Below, one piece after another: positions 8,734-16,360 of a stretch of 61,063 nucleotides of DNA. The translations under genes and the position numbers were made by a program. The DNA lies in the IMG/VR virus record IMGVR_UViG_3300005264_000029, positions 64,001-125,063 of that record. One strand, 5' to 3'. The DNA comes from a virus (taxonomy: Duplodnaviria > Heunggongvirae > Uroviricota > Caudoviricetes). The notes below the pieces were generated by a model. The model ran no database searches. It worked only from the letters and a program-made list of their open reading frames with translations, and had not been told where the DNA came from. How positions within the stretch are numbered: the stretch's first letter is position 1; each line of letters begins with the position of its first letter.

Positions 8734-10809
8734 TCATCCTTTTAAATTATAAACCGGTATTAATCTATGTTCTATTTCTACGGTTTCTTTAATATGTTTC
8801 ATTACTACATCTACAGATTTATATGCAAATGGACTTTCATCAATTCTTTTTTCATCTACACATGTACTATAAACATCTTTCATAGTATCTTTAAATTGAT
8901 CCATAGTAATAACACCATCAACTAATTGTTGTTTCATCTTACTTCTACTACCAGATCTTCCAGCTCCATGAGGTGCTGAATAATTATAATCCTTTATACC
9001 CTTACCTTTACCAAGTATTGACCCTTCAGCCATATTAAATGGTATGATTACATCTTGATTTTTATGTGCTTGGATTGCTCCTTTTCTTACAATGTTATCG
9101 TCTGCAATGAAATTATGTATAGATTCAATTAATTTAGTATCATCAAATTTAATTGATACTCTTTCTAATATATGTTGAATCATAATTCTTCTATTGATGG
9201 ATGCGTATTGTTGAGCTAACTTCATGTAATGTAAATATCTATCTCCACCAAATGTTTTTGGTAAAAATTCCATACCTTTAGGTGTAGAAATTCCAGCAGC
9301 TTTACAAAATTCTACCGCCTTCTTTTGATAATAATTAGCAATAGTTAATCCTATATTTCTAGATCCTGAGTGCACAATTAAATATGATTCATCTGTTTGT
9401 TCTGATTTAGCTATTTCTATAAAATGATTACCTCCTCCCAGTGTTCCTAATTGTAATTCACTATATTTATACTTAGTTTTTGTTTCCTCAAAGAACCTTT
9501 CTAATTCTTTAACAACTTTTTTATCCTTCATAGATAAAAACTTAGAGGCTTTATGTCTACTATTGAATCCTAAAGGAACTGAATCTCTAATTCTTTTATC
9601 AATTTCTTCGAAATTTAAAACACCTATTTGATCTTCATGTCCTAAGGTGTGCGCTACTACACCACAGTTACCAGTAATAAATATATTATTATTTCTTCTT
9701 GCAACAAAATACCCTGTGGGTACAGTAAAACAATACTTCTTTCCATCTATAGCTTTTATTTTTTTAATTTCATTATTATAGCCAACCATATTATTTTTTG
9801 TAGGTGTTACAACATAACAATCGTTCCAATTTTTCTTATCTGATTTGCTAATACTTATTCCTGCTCTAATGTTATTTGAACTAAATGCGAATTGTATAAT
9901 CTCAGCATTTAGTTTATTTGTTGAACTGAAATAAGATCTATATCCTTTATGTCCATCCCATAATAAACATTCTTCAGATATAATTTTTAATTGATTTTTA
10001 GTAGCATTCCAATATTTTGATAGATCTTTGTTAAACTTTTTATCGATAAAAAAATAAATATGTGATGTTTTATCCTTTCCTATTGTTTCTTTAAATTCAA
10101 TATTTAAAACATTTAATAATTCTTTAGCTCTGTTAATTTTTCTTTCTTTTTTTAAATGTAAATATATTTGATGTGTTGTTTCTCTTTTCCATTTTATACA
10201 TCCATCAGCAGAAATCATAATATCTAATTTAATTTCATCATCAGTTAAATCAATACCTTTATTATCTATTTCAAACGATGCTTTAAAACTATAATAACCA
10301 CTATCTAATTTTAAATTTAGAAAGTCTTTAGGTAACATATTAATTATTTTATATCCTTTCGATTTATATCCTTTAAATACTAACATTTTATGTTCATCAC
10401 TAACCATTTGATCTAATCCTTTAGAATTTTTAAAATGATAAAAGTAATCACAATCTTTAACTATATAATTTATAGGTTCTATAAAGCTGGCTTCATCAGT
10501 ATCTTTATTATATTGTAATACTAAATCATCTCTGTTATATTCAGAAATTTTCTTCCAACCTTTTTTTGTTAAAAATTCAGTATCTTTATCCAGACACCCA
10601 ATATCAACTCCAATAATATTTGGAATTATCCTATCGTTAAACCTGCCTGTAAATCCTATCACACACCCCGCACCTTGATGAACATCTGCCATTATAGCAA
10701 CTAAACCATGAATAGCTGGACTATTCTTAATTAATTTTATTTGATCTAATGCTCCTGATTCTACATCATCTGCATATATTTTTACATATGTATTTTCTTT
10801 ATTTTCCAT
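8734..10809 (-). CDS. rtcB: RtcB RNA 3'-phosphate ligase with a 310-aa intein (10596-9667) carrying a LAGLIDADG-like domain
   Basis: ADVHQG, GVDIG/CG, GTLGGGNHFIE, HSGSR, HNF, RKGA, SAPHGAGR, DESPFAYK; intein CLDKDT...ITGN then C. Confidence 0.95.
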   Translation of the reverse strand: MENKENTYVKIYADDVESGALDQIKLIKNSPAIHGLVAIMADVHQGAGCVIGFTGRFNDRIIPNIIGVDIGCLDKDTEFLTKKGWKKISEYNRDDLVLQYNKDTDEASFIEPINYIVKDCDYFYHFKNSKGLDQMVSDEHKMLVFKGYKSKGYKIINMLPKDFLNLKLDSGYYSFKASFEIDNKGIDLTDDEIKLDIMISADGCIKWKRETTHQIYLHLKKERKINRAKELLNVLNIEFKETIGKDKTSHIYFFIDKKFNKDLSKYWNATKNQLKIISEECLLWDGHKGYRSYFSSTNKLNAEIIQFAFSSNNIRAGISISKSDKKNWNDCYVVTPTKNNMVGYNNEIKKIKAIDGKKYCFTVPTGYFVARRNNNIFITGNCGVVAHTLGHEDQIGVLNFEEIDKRIRDSVPLGFNSRHKASKFLSMKDKKVVKELERFFEETKTKYKYSELQLGTLGGGNHFIEIAKSEQTDESYLIVHSGSRNIGLTIANYYQKKAVEFCKAAGISTPKGMEFLPKTFGGDRYLHYMKLAQQYASINRRIMIQHILERVSIKFDDTKLIESIHNFIADDNIVRKGAIQAHKNQDVIIPFNMAEGSILGKGKGIKDYNYSAPHGAGRSGSRSKMKQQLVDGVITMDQFKDTMKDVYSTCVDEKRIDESPFAYKSVDVVMKHIKETVEIEHRLIPVYNLKG

Positions 10810-10818
10810 TTTTATATC

Positions 10819-10962
10819 TTATTCTATATTTTTACTTAACAAAAATATTGCGAGTATGTTTATTGCAATAATCCAATATTGTCCTGAAAAAATATTAAAC
10901 GGTATTGCGATTACATTTAATATTAATAATACCTTACTGGTCTTATCTAATTTTTTCTTCAT
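10819..10962 (-). CDS. 47-aa membrane peptide heading the rtcB operon
   Basis: MKKKLDKTSKVLLILNVIAIP...; consensus promoter at 10965-10999. Confidence 0.5.
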   Translation of the reverse strand: MKKKLDKTSKVLLILNVIAIPFNIFSGQYWIIAINILAIFLLSKNIE

Positions 10963-11006
10963 ATTATATATAAATACTTAACTATTTATAAACCTTTCGT
11001 TATTAA

Positions 11007-11078
11007 TGATGTATAACAGAATCAAACTGTTTCTAATGGGGTTGGAATCCATCGTACAAATCATTATACTAATACATC
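11007..11078 (-). tRNA. tRNA-Trp(CCA), atypical T loop
   Basis: acceptor GATGTAT/ATACATC, loop TT-CCA-AC, T arm AACAG/TTTGATT/CTGTT. Confidence 0.7.
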
Positions 11079-11083
11079 TATAT

Positions 11084-11154
11084 TCTCGCAGCCAGTTCTG
11101 ACCTGGCACCAACAGGGTCACGACCTGTTATGCTGCCGTTAACACTATACGAGC
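11084..11154 (-). tRNA. tRNA-His(GTG)
   Basis: ACAGG TC-GTG-AC CCTGT; T arm GCCAG/CTGGC. Confidence 0.75.
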
Positions 11155-11155
11155 T

Positions 11156-11845
11156 TTAATTAATGTTTTTTAATTTATGATGTAATTTAACATGATCTAT
11201 TCTGGACATTAACTGTAAATTTTCTAATTTATTATTATGCTTATTACAATCTATATGATGTACTACTTCGTTATAATTTAATTTTCTTCCTATTTTTTGT
11301 TCCATTAAATATCTGTGTTCATCCATAGCTATACCATTTATTTTTATACCCTTATAATATTTTAACGGTAATTTATCAAAACATGATATACATAATATTG
11401 TTTTATCAATAGTTGATATATATTTATGACTATCAATAATATATTTATTATTGTATGCCCTCCATATCTTATTTATATCATTTTCTTTAAGAACACTATT
11501 ACATATATTACATTTACATTTAGTTCTATAAAATAATATTATATTATTGGCTTTACATAACTCAGTCTGATAATATGCTACTGTTCTATTATATGTACTA
11601 CCGATATTTATATTAATTAATTTATCTCTTAATGCTTTACCCTTATCAGATTTTTCAAATTTTAACATCGATTGTCTTGTTTTTTCTTTTGTTTCTTTAC
11701 TTGGTACTCTACTATTAGCACATTTTCTAGAACAACTTATTCCAGGTTTAGCATGTTCTGCACCACACTTCTCACATTTTTTTATACATATTTTATCATT
11801 CTTATTATGATATGTATTACATTTCTTACATCTAATCGAACTCAT
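11156..11845 (-). CDS. HNH homing endonuclease (HNH_3 type); probable start ATG 11845 because the track start lies inside tRNA-Gln
   Basis: DEHRYLMEQKIGRKL..NEVVHHIDCNKHNNKLENL; N-terminal CxxC motifs. Confidence 0.85.
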   Translation of the reverse strand: MSSIRCKKCNTYHNKNDKICIKKCEKCGAEHAKPGISCSRKCANSRVPSKETKEKTRQSMLKFEKSDKGKALRDKLININIGSTYNRTVAYYQTELCKANNIILFYRTKCKCNICNSVLKENDINKIWRAYNNKYIIDSHKYISTIDKTILCISCFDKLPLKYYKGIKINGIAMDEHRYLMEQKIGRKLNYNEVVHHIDCNKHNNKLENLQLMSRIDHVKLHHKLKNIN

Positions 11846-11887
11846 ATAAATAATTAGGGTGCGATTCTTTATAAGTTTATGTATTAA

Positions 11888-11960
11888 TACTCCTAGGCCG
11901 ATTCGAACGACCGTCTCAGCCTTCAAAGGGCTGCTAATTTGTCCGCTATTATATAGGAGT
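11888..11960 (-). tRNA. tRNA-Gln(TTG)
   Basis: CAGCC CT-TTG-AA GGCTG; TTCGAAT. Confidence 0.9.
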
Positions 11961-11996
11961 GTAAAAGGATTCTAAAACCCTATATACGTTGTTGAG

Positions 11997-12068
11997 CGCC
12001 TGAACTGTGATTCGAACACAGATTACTACCTTGACAGGATAGTGTCTTAACCGTTAAACGAAACAGGC
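11997..12068 (-). tRNA. tRNA-Asp(GTC)
   Basis: CTATC CT-GTC-AA GGTAG; TTCGAAT. Confidence 0.9.
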
Positions 12069-12072
12069 AATA

Positions 12073-12146
12073 TAGTCGCACCAGGACTTGAACCTGGAAT
12101 CACTGCCTTATCAGAGCAGCACCCTAACCAATTAGGCCATACGACT
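12073..12146 (-). tRNA. tRNA-Ile(GAT)
   Basis: CTGCT CT-GAT-AA GGCAG; TTCAAGT. Confidence 0.9.
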
Positions 12147-12152
12147 GTTAAA

Positions 12153-12224
12153 CGACCCATAACGGAATCTAACCATTTTTTCTGGATTAGAAGTCCAGTG
12201 TCCTCTACAGTAGACGAATGGGCC
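12153..12224 (-). tRNA. tRNA-Arg(TCT)
   Basis: CTGGA CT-TCT-AA TCCAG; T loop TTAGATT. Confidence 0.8.
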
Positions 12225-12228
12225 AATA

Positions 12229-12301
12229 AGATGATATCCAGATTTAAACTGGAACAAAACAGATTCGAAATCTGTGGCACTATTCATTATGCTATATCAC
12301 C
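12229..12301 (-). tRNA. tRNA-Arg(TCG)
   Basis: GGTGATA/TATCATC; ACAGA TT-TCG-AA TCTGT; T loop TTTAAAT. Confidence 0.75.
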
Positions 12302-12305
12302 AATA

Positions 12306-12376
12306 CGCTCCTATGGGGAATCGGACCCCAGCTTCTAGGTCGAAAGCCTAATGTCCTTCCATTAAACGATAGGAGC
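12306..12376 (-). tRNA. tRNA-Glu(TTC)
   Basis: GCTCCTA/TAGGAGC; TTAGG CT-TTC-GA CCTAG. Confidence 0.85.
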
Positions 12377-12381
12377 TAAAA

Positions 12382-12451
12382 TGCACTTACTGAGATTCAA
12401 ACTCAGATTGCCAACTTGGAAGGATGGTTGCTTATCATTAGTCATAAGTGC
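12382..12451 (-). tRNA. tRNA-Gly(TCC)
   Basis: GCACTTA/TAAGTGC; CCATC CT-TCC-AA GTTGG. Confidence 0.75.
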
Positions 12452-12486
12452 AATATAGTATTGTTACTACTTTTTATTATCTTAAA

Positions 12487-12558
12487 CGGAATACCTTGGA
12501 TTCAAACCAAGATCGAAACGTTCCAAACGAAACATGCTTATCATTACACCAATACTCC
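12487..12558 (-). tRNA. tRNA-Pro(TGG), weak anticodon stem
   Basis: GGAGTAT/GTATTCC; loop TT-TGG-AA closed by only 2 good pairs. Confidence 0.55.
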
Positions 12559-12688
12559 ATAATGATTAAGAAAAATAAAAAATATAGTAAAATTTATTGT
12601 TGATGATCGGGTTGCCACTGGCCTCTCCCGATCCTAGAAATAATTCTTTGACGTTCAACAATATTTGAAATCATAATATAGTATAGAG

Positions 12689-13358
12689 TTAATTGTTTAT
12701 AAACCTTTCGGTTTTCTTTTGATATTCTACCTTATTTATATATTGATAAATCCCATTCATTCCAGAGTATTCAAACTTCTCAAACTCTTTAAACTTAGAT
12801 TTATTATATGTATGCATATATTTTAAGAACCTATTTTTATATACGAAGTTTATTGCGAGCTTAATATCTCTGTTTTCTATCGGTTTAAGATATTCATTTA
12901 TTCTTTTATACCATTTAATAATCTCTTGATCTCTTATTCTTGAGAACCTTTGAGCGCTCTGACCCCCAGTCTTATGCTGACCTGGTACTTCTGAGTGTAG
13001 ATTAAATATTGTTTTTATCTCACCAGTAGAATAAATGTCGCAGCATATTGCATCAGTAAGATCTACAACCATTATTGTATATACAATAGTTCGAGTACTA
13101 TCAAATTTTAATAGTTCTTTACCGCAATAATAGATTTTCTTTTTATTATAATAAGGTTTAACTTCTAATGATTGATTATCCCAATATAGTGATATTCCAG
13201 AAATAGTTTTGTTCGTGCTAAAGATAAGTCTTAATTCTATTTAATCCATCAAGAGTATTATTTCTCGTTGCTCTATCTTTAATATTACTTGCTGATTTAA
13301 TCTCATTAGTAATATTAAATGCTTTACTTTTTTCAGGAATATGTATTGTTATAGCCAT
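12689..13358 (-). CDS. aRF1/eRF1-like class-1 peptide chain release factor (N+M domains), requiring a +1 frameshift at CTT TAG (13223-13218); about 222 aa
   Basis: Frame 0: MAITIHIPEKSKAFNITNEIKSASNIKDRATRNNTLDGLNRIKTYL then TAG. +1 frame open from 13222: STNKTISGISLYW...IYYCGKEL...VPGQHKTGGQSAQRFSR. The NIKS-like, YxC and GGQ motifs are colinear. Confidence 0.9.
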
Positions 13359-13377
13359 TTTTATTATTTGATTGAAA

Positions 13378-13448
13378 GGATAATATCGGAATCTAACCGA
13401 TTACTCTTGGGTTGCAACCAAGTGTCTTTGACATTTGACCAATCATCC
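13378..13448 (-). tRNA. tRNA-Cys(GCA)
   Basis: CTTGG TT-GCA-AC CCAAG; GGATGAT/ATTATCC. Confidence 0.8.
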
Positions 13449-13462
13449 AATATGGGTTTAAT

Positions 13463-13885
13463 TTATTTTTTACATAACTTACATCTTTCACTATATCCAG
13501 ACCATGTACGACCTTCTTTAAAAAATTCGGATATGTTTTTTACTATATTACATTTAGTGCATTTATAATGAGTATCATCTATTCTTCTACATTTTCTAAT
13601 ATCATTAGAACGAATTTTAGCATATTTATTAGACATATCCTTTAATTTATTTTTATCCCATGTTGCAAAACTGGCCATATCGCCATTTTTATGATGTAGT
13701 TTTACATGTTTAGATCTATCAATAACTTCTAAATTTTCAACTCTATTATCTTTTTTATTACCGTTAATATGATGTACTATTTCATTAAATTTTAATATTC
13801 TTCCTAAATATTTTTGCATTATTAATCGATGTTCATCTATAGTTTCATTTCTATTTATTCTAATTTTTTTATATATAGCTGTCAT
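13463..13885 (-). CDS. HNH homing endonuclease (HNH_3 type)
   Basis: [34 protein letters not shown]; C-terminal CxxC. Confidence 0.85.
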   Translation of the reverse strand: MTAIYKKIRINRNETIDEHRLIMQKYLGRILKFNEIVHHINGNKKDNRVENLEVIDRSKHVKLHHKNGDMASFATWDKNKLKDMSNKYAKIRSNDIRKCRRIDDTHYKCTKCNIVKNISEFFKEGRTWSGYSERCKLCKK

Positions 13886-14073
13886 TTTTATCTTAATGAT
13901 ACAAACATGTTCATCATTACTTCAGATGGTCTTTTATTTTGTGCTTTACATTCCTTTAGAAATTTTATTGTTTTATCTTTTCTTTCAGGATTTATCTTGT
14001 TCTCAAATACTTTTCTAAATTCTGTTAAGAACCCATCAGTTTTTTCTAGTACTACTATTCTTTCCATATTTTA

Positions 14074-14149
14074 TACCTCTGATTTGATTTGAACAAATGT
14101 CCTTTGGAGTATGAATCCAACGTCCTAGACCTGACTAGACCACAGAGGT
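14074..14149 (-). tRNA. tRNA with CAT anticodon (Met or Ile2)
   Basis: ACCTCTG/CAGAGGT; TTGGA TT-CAT-AC TCCAA; TTCAAAT. Confidence 0.85.
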
Positions 14150-14154
14150 ATGAA

Positions 14155-14228
14155 TGAACCCGAAGAGATTCTAACTCCTGACTTATGCCTTAAAAGGGCA
14201 CCACTCTAACAGACTGAGTTACGAGTTC
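14155..14228 (-). tRNA. tRNA-Lys(TTT)
   Basis: GTGCC CT-TTT-AA GGCAT. Confidence 0.85.
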
Positions 14229-14273
14229 GAAAGACCGTATACATGATGGGGATTACCACATGCATTCCGGCAA

Positions 14274-14341
14274 TATACGCAGTAGGGGTTGCTCCTACTT
14301 TACCTCGGTGTAAGCGAAGTATCCATCTATTGGTTACGTAT
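14274..14341 (-). tRNA. tRNA-Val(TAC), shortened D arm and atypical T loop
   Basis: CTTCG CT-TAC-AC CGAGG; GTAGG/AGCAACC/CCTAC. Confidence 0.65.
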
Positions 14342-14349
14342 GTGAAAAA

Positions 14350-14424
14350 TGGACTGTGAGGAACTCAAATCCTCATTCTTCTCAGTGCAAGTGAGAGGCA
14401 GTATTTCAATTGTGCTAACAGCCC
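14350..14424 (-). tRNA. tRNA-Ala(TGC)
   Basis: GGGCTGT/ACAGTCC with G3:U70; TCTCA CT-TGC-AC TGAGA. Confidence 0.85.
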
Positions 14425-14429
14425 ATGAA

Positions 14430-14503
14430 TGCACTCATCAAGAGTTGAACTGGAAACCTCAAGTTTACAAGACTTGCGCGCTAATCCATTGCGCCATGAG
14501 TGC
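14430..14503 (-). tRNA. tRNA-Thr(TGT)
   Basis: CAAGT CT-TGT-AA ACTTG. Confidence 0.9.
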
Positions 14504-14511
14504 TTTATTTT

Positions 14512-15138
14512 TTAATTTGTTTTTAATATTTTTAAATACTTATATGTAGATGATCTACTTATATTATATTTTTCAGATATTTGAATTCTTGTTAGATTAT
14601 TTTTGATTCCTTCTTTAATTAAATCTATATTTATTTTTTTAAGCATTGAATAATTTTCTATCTTATTTAAATAATTATATACTGTTTTATTATTTAAATT
14701 ATATTTTTTAGCTATCTTATACCCTGAAAGATTATCTTTAATTCCTTGTTCTATTAAATCTTTATATTTACTATCTATTTTATTATTACTTTTATTATGA
14801 TGTTTGTAATAATTTACTACACATGTATGAGAGCAAAAAATATATCTTTGATGTTTGTTTTTATATTCTATTTCTTTTTTTCTAAATTTTATATTAGTTG
14901 AACAATTCTTACATTTTACAGATGAATGTTTATTTAAATCTATAGTATTGTGTAATTCTGAATGTTCTTTTCTTGACATAAGTTCTAAATTATCTATGTT
15001 ATTATTGAATTTATTCCCATCTTTATGATGTACTACTTCATTATATGATAATTTTCTTTTTAAAATGTTTTCAATAATATATCTATGTTCGTGTTTATAT
15101 ACACCATCTACTTTTATCCATTTATATGTTTTTATCAT
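14512..15138 (-). CDS. HNH homing endonuclease with C-terminal HTH repeats
   Basis: HEHRYIIENILKRKL..NEVVHHKDGNKFNNNIDNL; two HTH-like segments. Confidence 0.85.
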   Translation of the reverse strand: MIKTYKWIKVDGVYKHEHRYIIENILKRKLSYNEVVHHKDGNKFNNNIDNLELMSRKEHSELHNTIDLNKHSSVKCKNCSTNIKFRKKEIEYKNKHQRYIFCSHTCVVNYYKHHNKSNNKIDSKYKDLIEQGIKDNLSGYKIAKKYNLNNKTVYNYLNKIENYSMLKKINIDLIKEGIKNNLTRIQISEKYNISRSSTYKYLKILKTN

Positions 15139-15176
15139 TTTATTTATTTTGGTAATTAATTTTTAAATTTCTTGAA

Positions 15177-15250
15177 CACCTTTGACAAGACTTGAACTTG
15201 TAGCAATACGATTAACAGTCGTACCTCAATACCTGGATGAGCTCAAAGGT
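15177..15250 (-). tRNA. tRNA-Asn(GTT)
   Basis: TACGA CT-GTT-AA TCGTA. Confidence 0.9.
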
Positions 15251-15465
15251 AATATTGTAGAAATAAATTTTAATTAAAATAGTAATAATTATTACATATA
15301 AAATTAGATTTGGCCGTACAGACCATTGTTTTCTTTTTTGTAATAACCATTTTTTTATTAGTGCGCACCATGGCGACTTGAATCATCTAAAGACCTCGTA
15401 AGATCTATAGGGATCATGTTATATATAGTATAGACTTAATTGTTTATAAACCTTTCGTTTTTTAA

Positions 15466-15549
15466 CGTTATGCACCGGATTTGAACCGATGTGTCCAAAG
15501 GACATTGGTTAGCAACCAATTGCAATTGACCTGACTCTGCTAGCATAAC
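15466..15549 (-). tRNA. tRNA-Ser(GCT)
   Basis: ATTGG TT-GCT-AA CCAAT; long variable arm. Confidence 0.9.
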
Positions 15550-15553
15550 AATA

Positions 15554-15634
15554 TATACGCACCAGGATTTGAACCTGGGAACATTTAAGATACGGCTCTA
15601 AACCGCACGCTGTTGACCACTTAGCTATGCGTAT
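15554..15634 (-). tRNA. tRNA-Leu(TAG)
   Basis: TGCGG TT-TAG-AG CCGTA; long variable region. Confidence 0.85.
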
Positions 15635-15639
15635 TAAAA

Positions 15640-15721
15640 TATCAGGAGCCAGATTCTAACTGGCGATGCTATAAAGCATGGATCTTAAGTCCATTGGATT
15701 CATACACTCTCCCATCCTGAT
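15640..15721 (-). tRNA. tRNA-Leu(TAA)
   Basis: ATGGA CT-TAA-GA TCCAT; long variable arm. Confidence 0.85.
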
Positions 15722-15737
15722 CTTATATAATTTGAAA

Positions 15738-15819
15738 CGCTACAAGTGCGACTCGAACACACATATCTAAAAGAAACCTATTTTCAAGACAGGCGGACAA
15801 CCAATTGTCCAATTGTAGC
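15738..15819 (-). tRNA. tRNA-Ser(TGA)
   Basis: CCTGT CT-TGA-AA ATAGG; long variable arm. Confidence 0.9.
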
Positions 15820-15929
15820 ATAAGCTTAGAAAATTATAAGGATGATAATGATAATAAACTCAAAGAATTACAGGAACTGAGATTATTATTTTGATACATA
15901 ATATAGTATAGAGTTAATACTTTATAAGT

Positions 15930-16151
15930 CTATCTAATAACAAATCCTGTAGGAATTCTTTTGTTTCTCGATTTTAAAAATTTGATTCTGTTCTTCTCAG
16001 GCAATGCTCTAAACCCATCTCTATAATTTGTCCACTCATCATATAGAATTCTTTCTTCAAATAGATCTAATTCTTCTCTTAATGCAAATGGTAATCTCTC
16101 ATTATAATCTGGAGAGTATCTTCCTGATTTTCGTTGCGATCTCTTTCTCAT
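15930..16151 (-). CDS. hypothetical 73-aa protein
   Basis: ORF with TATA-like element upstream. Confidence 0.65.
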   Translation of the reverse strand: MRKRSQRKSGRYSPDYNERLPFALREELDLFEERILYDEWTNYRDGFRALPEKNRIKFLKSRNKRIPTGFVIR

Positions 16152-16200
16152 ATTTAATATTGATTTTTAGAATATATAAGGTTATTGAATAAGTTTTATA

Positions 16201-16249
16201 TTTGGGTGTCCACAAAACCAACTCTCGCAAACGTGTGTGGACACCCAAA
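16201..16249. other. 14-bp perfect inverted repeat with 21-nt loop
   Basis: tttgggtgtccaca / tgtggacacccaaa. Confidence 0.9.
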
Positions 16250-16360
16250 AGATTTAAGACGTACTTGCCGCCAAGCAAATGTGCGCCAATATTTTATTAG
16301 TCTCCCAGTGAGGTTACATTTTTGTTAAAGAATATATAAGTTTACGAAATTAATCATATC

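Noticed and set aside
12047-12280. 77-aa ORF from the track
   Set aside because: Lies entirely over tRNA genes
13072-13072. Independent start of a GGQ-only protein at ATG 13072
   Set aside because: The same frame continues 50 codons upstream through the YxC motif, and the NIKS-bearing ORF abuts it; internal initiation is not excluded but is less parsimonious
14349-14549. 66-aa plus-strand ORF from the track
   Set aside because: Antisense to tRNA-Ala and tRNA-Thr
15260-15420. Short ORFs or ncRNA in the leader between the 15443 promoter and tRNA-Asn
   Set aside because: Only weak hairpins and ORFs under 30 codons; not supportable from sequence alone
15554-15721. Suppressor tRNAs (anticodons TAG, TAA)
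   Set aside because: These anticodons read CUA and UUA (Leu); amber/ochre suppressors would need CTA/TTA
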